Below are positions 54,506-64,000 of a stretch of 64,000 nt of DNA, one piece after another. The position numbers and the translations under genes were made by a program. Position 1 is the first letter of the stretch; each line of letters starts with the position of its first letter. The notes beneath the pieces were generated by a model. It was not told the DNA's origin. It ran no database searches and saw only the letters and a program-made list of their open reading frames with translations. The DNA lies in the NCBI RefSeq assembly GCF_001194135.2, contig NC_068999.1, positions 34,200,895 to 34,264,894 of the forward strand. Reading direction: 5' to 3'. The stretch comes from Octopus bimaculoides (lineage: Eukaryota).

Positions 54506-55221
54506 AATATGTATATATATGTATGTATGAACAGCAATGTGGTGGTAGTGTTGACCTCGAAACATCCCTGTAAACAACCGGAATTCACCAAAATAACAGC
54601 ATTTTTCAAGATATGCATCTGATCACCTTTAACACGAGTGGAGCGTTATTATTACCATTTTTCTCTCACTAGAAATATATGCATATATACACCTACTCTC
54701 CGCCCATTTCTCTCTCTATCTAATACATGTATGTATGAATAGATAGTTGTGTGTGTGTGAATGTGTGCAGATTATATATGGAGCTATCAGTGAATGGAAT
54801 CTGGAAGAGGTGTTTGTTATCGTATTGTGTAAGATAAACGCCGAAATTTGGCACATTTATGTACCCGTTGGTATTCACTCATTTACTGAATCACATTTAT
54901 GGAGAGAGTATGTGACAGAGATAAGAGGAAAGGTAGGCGGAGAGAGAAAGAGAGAGCAGAGAGAAAGGTAGAGAAGCACATAGACATCCAGTGAGACGCA
55001 CGTATATACAGACACACACATCTATGAATGAATAAATGAATGGATGTGCCTGTGTTTGAGTGTGCGTTGTGTTGTGTGTCGTCATCTTTCAAAATCATCC
55101 CGGAAAGGTTGATTCCATGACTGAGCTGAAGTCTTTGCTAGAGTGGTGTTGTTTGAACCTTGCTTGTAGCCTATCTGATATTGCGTGTTAATGTGTCCTT
55201 GTATATATGTATATGTACTTG

Positions 55222-55296
<75 letters not shown>

Positions 55297-55738
55297 CTTT
55301 CTATCTATCTACGTTTTATACCACGGAAAAATTCATATATGAATGAGAAGCATCGCGAGGGATATAAACAGTATCAAACACAAGGTATATGTTTGTCAGT
55401 TCGTAGACAGGCTGCGATTGTAGGCTTGTATCTGCTCTCGTTTCGGTTTTTCCGTGGTATGAAACGTTGGGACATTCCAGCAGATGGTTCTTACACCATT
55501 TTGCATATAGTCATAGAAGGCGATTCAACTTGCATCTGACCTCGTTTCGGGTACGCGGTACAGACAAATCACAAAGATTATGGAACATTAATGTTTATCG
55601 CCTCTGTAACGGGACCTGATGCCAGTTATCTCGCTTGTCTATGGCTTCCAAGTGCTTTAGCACCAGGAGAATTCATGGGAATATATTCTCCTACGCCTAC
55701 AACCACAGCTTACCCACGACTGTGTGTTCGATATTGTT

Positions 55739-55783
<45 letters not shown>

Positions 55784-56613
55784 ACACACATATATATATA
55801 TAAGAATAATGGAAAATGGAGACAAACGCTCAAGATGTTATTTAAATCATTTATATCACCATATCAACGACATATGTTTCGATAGATACATTACAGTAAA
55901 TCCGAGAGGAAGAATAATGTGGGAAAATGCGTCAAGCTTATCAGAGAGGATATAAACAATAGTGTTCGTCCATAAGTCATTTTTGCAACTATTGATCCAT
56001 TTTTTCCAAAGACACGCTGGCCCACATTTATAACGAACGTGTTTACAGGTGTTTACATTGGAAAAAACACTCTTTCAGCTATTTCAAATAATATCTACCC
56101 CCTCATCTAATAATATCTGTAACTTAAGCTTTATTCCTTCATCCCATACCTCATATCCTTTCCTTCATCTTTTCTATCTATCTATCTGTCATTCACTTTC
56201 TATTTGTTTATACCACCATTACTCCTTTAATTCTCTTTCTCTCTTTCTCCTCTTCTTCTCTCGTCCTATGACATCAAATTTTTTAACAGTATTTTAAAAT
56301 TACTAGCGTTCCCTATCCACCTTTGTTTTCCATATATATATATATATGTATATATGTATATATGTATATATGTATATATATATANNNNNNNNNNNNNNNN
56401 NNNNNNNNNNNNNNNNNNNNNNNNNNNNNNNNNNNNNNNNNNNNNNNNNNNNNNNNNNNNNNNNNNNNNNNNNNNNNNNNNNNNNNNNNNNNNNNNNNNN
56501 NNNNNNNNNNNNNNNNNNNNNNNNNNNNNNNNNNNNNNNNNNNNNNNNNNNNNNNNNNNNNNNNNNNNNNNNNNNNNNNNNNNNNNNNNNNNNNNNNNNN
56601 NNNNNNNNNNNNN

Positions 56614-56676
<63 letters not shown>

Positions 56677-57243
56677 GATAAATAAAGTAGTTATATATAC
56701 AAGTATGTATGAGTATAATATGTATGTAAGCATGCATGCATGCATGTATGGATGGATAAATGGTTGGATTATGTATGTATGTATGTACGTATGTATGTAT
56801 GTATGTATGGATGGATGGATGCTTGCATGCATGCACAATTGGTTGACCATAGACACAATGTTAATAGCATCCTTGCGCTTACTATTTGGTGAAAGTGAAA
56901 TTTGATGCCACTGTTCTCATCTGAGATGCCAACTGCTAAGTTAGGTTCTTTAATGATATTGCGTACATTAGAGAATCAATTACTCTATAAAACTGTCGCC
57001 ATTATTTCTGTAAACAATCTCTTATAGCATGATTGAGGGCATTGAATAAATATAATCCTATGAAATCTACACAACTGACATGTCTTGCTTTTAGTTTCAA
57101 TGAGGACTAAGATGGGACTATTGCTGCCGTGCAGTGATTTTCGTTTCTTCCAATAATGACAAACTTTGAAACCAGGCATTCGTAGATACAAAGATTTGAT
57201 ACAAAGATTTGAATACTGGTTTAAATACAAAGATTTGAATACT

Positions 57244-57455
57244 GGTTTCAAATTTTGGCACAAGGACAGCAATTTTGGTTGTGGATTTAAGTCGATTCCA
57301 TCGACTCCAATGCTCAACTGGTATTTATTTTATTGACCCGGAAAGGATGAAAGGAAAAGTCGACTTTGGCGGAATTTAAACTCAGAACGTAAAGACGGAC
57401 GAAATGTCGCTAAGCATTTTGCCCAGCGTGCTAATTATTCTGCTAACCCGCTGCT
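57244..57455 (-). mobile_element. SINE family A full-length copy
   Basis: tggtttcaaattttggcacaagg..gtcgactttggcggaatttaaactcagaacgtaaagacggacgaaatg..gcgtgctaa; adjacent 24-bp duplication atacaaagatttgaatactggttt. Confidence 0.92.
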
Positions 57456-58814
57456 TTGCAAAGAGCCGAATATTAAAACATTTCCAGCTTCCAATCAGTT
57501 CACAGAGCAAAGGTTAACATCCAGATAATCAAAACATTGTCCTAGGCAAGACATGAAGCCACATCTGCTGATGTAGTTTCAGCTGAGGAATTGTGAAGTT
57601 TTAGTTAATATGGAGTTGCTTCTTTGTCGCCAGTATCCCAAGGTCCGCTCTCGCTCGGTGTTATAGTACCGGTCAAGGGTACGAGCTATAGGTAAAATAG
57701 CATAAAACAATCTGTGACAAATGTATGCAGAACTCATTATAGGGCTAACTTTTATACATGTGATACACAGGGCTACCAGTGCATGGGCATACTTTGAAGA
57801 GAAGAATAAAATAGGCCTTGTGCCTCAAATTATGCTGCGGAAGCGGAAGCTAGCAGAGTAAACTGTAAATAAAACGGGAAGCCAGGTATCTTTCTCAAAG
57901 AAAATCATGAAACTTCAGACTATGGCATAGAGGTTTATGATCGTCGTCGCCGAAAAATAGACACATCACGTGCAGTGAAGAGAGAGGCAATGAAAGTAAT
58001 TTGTACTGAAGCAACTTTATTTATATACATCGACGATTCTAAATGTTTTTTATTGTAGCAATTCTGTGAACGTTACTGCTGTTTTACCAATTTAGACAAT
58101 AATCTTCACTATCCGTGTAGTGTGGAACAGATTGTGCCTCTGGTCAACCTGGTTCTATGTATCTAAACTATAACATTTGGGGGTCTTGATAATGTGTATG
58201 TATGTATGTATGTCCGTATATAAATGTATTTAAGTATATTTATACATAAACATATATCCTATCAGGGCGTACTATTAAGTTAGACATGGACTGGGTCCAT
58301 TTTTGACCGAAACATATCTAAGTTTTCTAATATAACAACATGAACAACAATGTAGAAAATGACATTATTATTTGATGATTGCACCATACATTTCCAACGA
58401 TCGTTTCTATTAAGCCAGCATATTTAGATATAGAAAGAAAGTACAAAATGCCAGTCACACCAATATATTCAAAAATCTATGCTAACTCAATGTTATCAAG
58501 GCAAACCAAAACATTAAATTCAAAGCGAAATGAAATAATATCTATAATACATGAACGTATACAAAATGAACGTGAAGAAGGAATATAATATTCTAAGAAA
58601 AGCCACTTTAATATTATCATACACGAGGAATTACTTTGGATGATAATTCTATTTGAATTTATTGCTATCTAATTGTATGATGTGGTTAACCAAGTGCGCT
58701 TAACCACTGAGTACTTTCTAGATATATGTCTGGATTTCTTAATCCTTTTTACCGCGTTTACACACACACGCGCGCACACAAACACGCGCGCACACACACA
58801 CACCTCATCCTTGA

Positions 58815-58980
58815 ATTGTTTCAGTCATTAGACTGCGGTCATTCTGGGACACCGCATTTAAGATTTTTAGTCGAATAAATCAACTCCAATACTTCTTTTT
58901 CAGCCTAGCACATATTCTACTGGTCTCTTTTGCCGAACACTTAAGTTACAAGCGATAGTGAAGGACAAACACACATACAA
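58815..58980 (-). mobile_element. SINE family C 3' half
   Basis: ttgtttcagtcattagactgcggtcattctgggacaccgc..tggtctcttttgccgaacacttaagttac. Confidence 0.85.
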
Positions 58981-59134
58981 ACTCACACACACACACAAAC
59001 TCACACACACACACAAGCACACAGACACACACACAGTTGATGCCCTTGCGAAGTAGATTGGACGACCCATTCATTATGCTGTGAGACACTGTTAGGAATA
59101 CCGTTCAAAGGTTTATACTGGTTACAATTCATGA

Positions 59135-59230
59135 CACCCTGGATTCTGCCTAAGAACAACATTAAACTTATGTGGAATACTCAGCCACTTATGTGCTAAT
59201 TCATTGATATTCCCAAATTAATTGATTTCT
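59135..59230 (+). mobile_element. SINE family D fragment (old)
   Basis: cctaagaacaacattaaac..tgtggaatactcagccactt.tgtgctaattca matches the RC of 3385-3450. Confidence 0.6.
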
Positions 59231-59643
59231 CGATTGAAGACTCGTCTTCGGAAATTGTAACCTAGAACTGTAAGTTTATTTTAAAGATTTGGTTTTGTAA
59301 GCAGGAGGAATACAACTCAATATACAAAATAAAACATAAATTTCTTTATAATTTAGCTATAATGCTATATAAGCAACACAAAGATTTACAGTTCCGCCAG
59401 TGTATCTATCAAATTGCATATATAAATAATTAATAAATTTACTTTGATAAGTGATTTACACGAAGACTTCAAGTTCTACGCTTCTGAATCGCTTACGTTG
59501 ACGTATAGTTTAACTAATAAAGAAATATACAAATATAAGTGTGTATGTATGTATGTATATGCATACATATACACATTCACACATACGCGCACGCACGCAC
59601 AAACATATACACACGTGCATACACACAGAGATACAGACACACA

Positions 59644-59691
<48 letters not shown>

Positions 59692-59695
<4 letters not shown>

Positions 59696-60569
59696 GCACA
59701 GTATATAAATTGTCATCTAAATTACGCAAAAAATGAAAATAACACTGACATCTCATTTTAAGATATATTTACCAAGATTACATAAAAATATCTAAAGAGT
59801 AAATTTAGTCAATAAAATCGCCACTGGCATCAACCACGGCCTCCAGACGACTTCAGAATCTCCTGCAACTCTTCTGGACAGTCTCCTTGTTTAAGTGGAT
59901 GAATGCTGCCATAATTCTTGCCTTCAGTTCATCTTTGGTGTTACAAGGAGTTTTGTTGGTCTCTCGCTCAACTGCGACCCACACATAATAATCAAGGGGG
60001 TTGCAGTCTGGAGAATTACGTGACCAGATGTTAGGGGTGCTGTGGCCCCAGAATTATCTGACGTTCATGACTAAGACCTTCTTCTTGAGTGGCATAGTGC
60101 AGAATCCTGTCGCCAGACATAAGGTCTTCCAGCAACCACCCTCTTGACCCAGGGAAGCACTACCTCCTCCAGGCACTTGATGTAGGCCTCCGTGTTGAGT
60201 CTAAGACCGTGTGGGAAGATGCATGGAGGCATAACGTCGCCATCACTAGTGATCACTCCAGACACCATAATGTTGCCCGGATGCTTGATTTTTATCATTC
60301 CCGGTACATGTTCTCAGATTGCACTATTCTCACATTTACACCCAACCACTCAGAAATGTTCGTATTGGAGCTTCCGGTGCGAATACCAAGCAGTACAGCA
60401 TGTTATTTCCACATTTCTTGCAGAGTGAAGTGTGTCGTGCTGCTGCTTTTCTCACAGACTGTGCCCAACTGACCCTACTATACTGTGTAGTTGACAACAT
60501 CAAAAACATACAACGCGCATGTGTGAAATTGAAAATATAAAATGGCAACAATATACCAATAGCACCCTG
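59692..60569 (-). mobile_element. Internally deleted DD37D (maT) Tc1/mariner-superfamily transposon
   Basis: 5' TIR CAGGGTGCTATTGGTATATTGTTGCC abutting TA at 60570-60571; the opposite TIR is eroded next to (CA)n; transposase remnants as in the next feature. Confidence 0.9.
59805..60420 (-). pseudogene. maT transposase remnant
   Basis: WK*HAVLLGIRTGSSNTNISEWLGVNVRIVQ (HTH) joined directly to KHPGNIMVSGVITSDGDVMPP..YVWRQDSA, then ..WSRNSPDCNPLDYYVW..RLEAVVDASGDFID*; D-to-D spacing is 37 after restoring one deleted base. Confidence 0.9.
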
Positions 60570-61482
60570 TATATGGCGATTGCAGCGTAGAAGATATTAG
60601 TCATTCAAAAACAAAGAAATATGTTAACTTCACTTACAATATTTATTCATAGTAAGGCGTCAAAGTTTNNNNNNNNNNNNNNNNNNNNNNNNNNNNNNNN
60701 NNNNNNNNNNNNNNNNNNNNNNNNNNNNNNNNNNNNNNNNNNNNNNNNNNNNNNNNNNNNNNNNNNNNNNNNNNNNNNNNNNNNNNNNNNNNNNNNNNNN
60801 NNNNNNNNNNNNNNNNNNNNNNNNNNNNNNNNNNNNNNNNNNNNNNNNNNNNNNNNNNNNNNNNNNNNNNNNNNNNNNNNNNNNNNNNNNNNNNNNNNNN
60901 NNNNNNNNNNNNNNNNNNNNNNNNNNNNNNNNNNNNNNNNNNNNNNNNNNNNNNNNNNNNNNNNNNNNNNNNNNNNNNNNNNNNNNNNNNNNNNNNNNNN
61001 NNNNNNNNNNNNNNNNNNNNNNNNNNNNNNNNNNNNNNNNNNNNNNNNNNNNNNNNNNNNNNNNNNNNNNNNNNNNNNNNNNNNNNNNNNNNNNNNNNNN
61101 NNNNNNNNNNNNNNNNNNNNNNNNNNNNNNNNNNNNNNNNNNNNNNNNNNNNNNNNNNNNNNNNNNNNNNNNNNNNNNNNNNNNNNNNNNNNNNNNNNNN
61201 NNNNNNNNNNNNNNNNNNNNNNNNNNNNNNNNNNNNNNNNNNNNNNNNNNNNNNNNNNNNNNNNNNNNNNNNNNNNNNNNNNNNNNNNNNNNNNNNNNNN
61301 NNNNNNNNNNNNNNNNNNNNNNNNNNNNNNNNNNNNNNNNNNNNNNNNNNNNNNNNNNNNNNNNNNNNNNNNNNNNNNNNNNNNNNNNNNNNNNNNNNNN
61401 NNNNNNNNNNNNNNNNNNNNNNNNNNNNNNNNNNNNNNNNNNNNNNNNNNNNNNNNNNNNNNNNNNNNNNNNNNNNNNNNNN

Positions 61483-61756
61483 TGGATTTGGTAGACGGAA
61501 ACTGAAAGAAGCCCGTCGTATATATGTATATATATATGTTTGTGTGTCTGTGTTTGTACCCCCACCATCGCTTGACAACCGATGCTGGTGTGTTTACGTC
61601 CCCGTAACTTAGCGGTTCAGCAAAAGAGATCGATAGAATAAGTACTAGGCTTACAAAGAATAAGTCCTGGGGTCGATTTGCTCGACTAAAGGCGGTGCTC
61701 CAGCATGGCCGCAGTCAAATGACTGAAACAAGTAAAAGAGTAAAAGAGTAAAAGAG
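61483..61756 (+). mobile_element. Well-preserved SINE family C copy (5' part in gap) with (AGTAAAAG)3 tail
   Basis: ggatttggtagacggaaactgaaagaagcccgtcg..ggcggtgctccagcatggccgcagtcaaatgactgaaaca. Confidence 0.95.
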
Positions 61757-62744
61757 ACACCCTAACACTAGCACCTAGGCTCTCACACACACACACATAC
61801 ACACATACACACACACACACATACAGACGCGCACACACACATACACACACACACAAATACACATGTATGTGTGTTTGTTTATATGTTTACTTAAAGAAGA
61901 CAAAAGCCACCCAAATAAACGATACAAACTGAAGAGTGGCGCGTGTGTCTGGTTGTCATTGGAGCAGATAAGCTGTTTATGTTAAGAGAAAATAAAATAC
62001 AACTGTTGACTGATTTTCTGAAGCGGCGCTATAAAAGTATTTGGCGCTACAGTGGTTTCTATTTGACAAACCTGACATTCAAAGCCACACACGACAAAAG
62101 ACCGTTGATTCGCCGTTCAATATTTGGCGCCTTCACATCACTACGATTGGAATCCACATTTGTTAATATTTCAATAAAGAATTTTATACGCTTGGAATTA
62201 TGTCAAATTGGTGAGAAATAACTGCGTTTTAAATAACTTCACTACACGCAAAGTCACACGAATGTATGCGTGTGCATATATATATGTGTGAATATGTATA
62301 AATATATGTGTTTGCGTGTGTGCATGTGCATGTGTATGTGTGAGTATGTGTGCACACATACACATCCATATGTACATACACATTTACCTATACAAATAGA
62401 TATAGGTATATTTATATTTATACATAAACATCTACATATATGCGTACATACATACATATATCGACAAATACATACAGATATATACATATATATATGTATC
62501 GATAGATATGTGTATGTATGTATATATGTATGCTCGTACAAATATATGCACATACATGTGTGTGTGTATGTGTGTATGTGTGTGTGTGCGCGCGTGTGTG
62601 TGTGTGTGCGAGTGTGTGTGTGTATAACTGTCAGGTTTCATTACTGCAAAAGTATAAACTCAAAAAAAGAATATATANNNNNNNNNNTATATATATTTTT
62701 TATTTTTATTCGCCGAAAGTTACTCGGGGGACAATATTTGAGCA

Positions 62745-62791
<47 letters not shown>

Positions 62792-62819
62792 TTTATACAC
62801 ATGTATATATATACATATA

Positions 62820-63045
62820 TGGGTACAGGACGCCACCAACAGTAAACAACATGAAATAGTAAACAAATGAGTTAAATACGCAAATAATGAGAGAGAAAAA
62901 AGGACAAGTAATTCAAAGAATGACTCTTCATGAGTTGTCGTCTGTCTGCCTACTCTCCATTTCGAGCAATCAACGACAACGAGTCTTCGAAGATAGTTGC
63001 TCCCACAAACACCAAAATAAAATTTGGGACTTATGGAGGGTCATA
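62820..63045. mobile_element. Interspersed repeat, possibly a Penelope-like terminal-repeat fragment
   Basis: gggtacaggacgccaccaacagtaaac..ctcttcatgagttgtcg..atttcgagca; classification is inference from overall style only. Confidence 0.35.
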
Positions 63046-63067
63046 CGGCGTGTTTTCGGGTTCATGG

Positions 63068-63251
63068 TATTAGACTGTGACCATGCTGGGGCACCGCCTT
63101 GATGGGGGTCTAACGAATCAACCCTAGTATTAATTTTTGTTCAAGCCTGGTACTTATTCTGTCAAACTCATTTGGCGAACCGCTATTTTATGGGGACGGA
63201 AATAAACCACCAACAGTTGTCAAGCGGGGGTGGGGTACAGAAGCACACAAC

Positions 63252-63294
<43 letters not shown>

Positions 63295-63440
63295 CACACA
63301 CACACAGACATGCTTGTATATACGACGATCTTCTTTCAGTTTCCGTCTAACAAATCCAGTTTCCGTCTAACAGTTTTGGTGGCGTTGGCTTTAGTAAAAC
63401 TCACTTGCCCAAGACGCTTCGCAGTGGAATTGAACCCAGC
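63068..63440 (-). mobile_element. SINE family C copy
   Basis: tagactgtgaccatgctggggcaccgcc..internal (CA)n..ttctttcagtttccgtcta..acttgcccaagacgcttcgcagtggaattgaaccc. Confidence 0.88.
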
Positions 63441-63477
63441 CTCTTATTACACACAATGTATATGTATGAATGTCAAT

Positions 63478-63747
63478 TTTTGTGTTTGTGGTTGTCCCGC
63501 CCCAGCCTTTGACATCCGCTCTTGGTTTGTTTACATCCTCGTCACTTAGCATTTATGATATATTAGCTTAGTTTGTCCCAAATGCATCATCAATTTGTTA
63601 TACATGACTGTGTGGTAAGAAGTTTTCTCCTCAACCACATAGTTCCAGGTTCAGTCCCGCCGCGTGGCACCATGACATCTGTTTTCTACTCTACCTTTGT
63701 CTGGGCTGAAGACAAAAGCTGTAGACGGAAGCTGAAAGAAGCCTGTC
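63478..63747 (+). mobile_element. SINE family C fragments (63478-63552 body; 63602-63747 head)
   Basis: catgactgtgtggtaagaag..caaccacatagttccaggttcagtccc..gtagacggaagctgaaagaagcc. Confidence 0.85.
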
Positions 63748-63759
63748 ATCTCTCTCTTT

Positions 63760-63960
63760 GAACTTTTCCACTTTTGTAAACCTCCTTTATCATCCTTTTT
63801 TCCGTGTTTTTCTCCTTGTCTCCGTATTCTTTCTGTTGAAGAGCGTAGCTCGAAACGTCAAAGACTTTCCGTATTCCCGAGCGTCATACTAATATATACT
63901 TTTGTTATTTACACCACCTGTCCTCGTCTGTTGTTATTTTTTGTATATTCTCCCATATAT
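63760..63960 (+). mobile_element. Penelope-like element terminal-repeat-type segment carrying a minimal hammerhead
   Basis: Pyrimidine-rich repeat containing the hammerhead fold below; minimal hammerheads are a known hallmark of Penelope-like elements. Confidence 0.55.
63828..63864 (+). ncRNA. Minimal type I hammerhead ribozyme-like fold (A6U core variant)
   Basis: Stem I UCUUU/AAAGA, core CUGUUGA + A, stem II GAGC-GUA-GCUC, GAAA, palindromic ACGU in place of stem III, cleavage triplet GUC ending at 63859. Confidence 0.62.
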
Positions 63961-64000
63961 AAATATATATATATATATATATACATACATGCATACATAT

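Noticed and set aside
62915-62980. Permuted hammerhead on the minus strand (GCTC-GAAA ... CTCATGA-A-GAGT)
   Set aside because: The core is mutated (CUCAUGA) and the purine-rich linker cannot form stems I and III.

Overview
AT-rich, extremely microsatellite-dense animal DNA from a draft short-read assembly, with 19 N-gaps totalling about 7 kb, most flanked by (AT)n, (GT)n or (GATA)n. The repeat landscape (several abundant tRNA-head SINE families plus compound simple repeats) resembles octopus/cephalopod DNA; that is my inference, not a database result. No host protein-coding gene is confidently recognisable, and nearly all ORF-track entries are microsatellite or N-gap artefacts. The window reads as intronic/intergenic DNA filled with mobile elements: a ~2.9-kb decayed R4/Dong-clade non-LTR retrotransposon missing its 3' end (18770-21690), an internally deleted DD37D (maT) Tc1/mariner transposon (59692-60569), a mariner N-terminal fragment, two hAT/Charlie-type MITEs with 8-bp TSDs, a 38-bp-TIR MITE, a candidate solo LTR, more than 25 SINE copies or fragments in about five families (labelled A, C, D, E, F here), and an unclassified old repeat family (G). 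Most worth following up: a minimal Penelope-type hammerhead ribozyme fold with a non-canonical A6U core (63828-63864), a TSD-flanked dimeric SINE, a possible minus-strand signal-peptide first exon (33331-33441), a cryptic degenerate ~69-bp tandem repeat (43890-44185), and two convergent CTCF-like sites.
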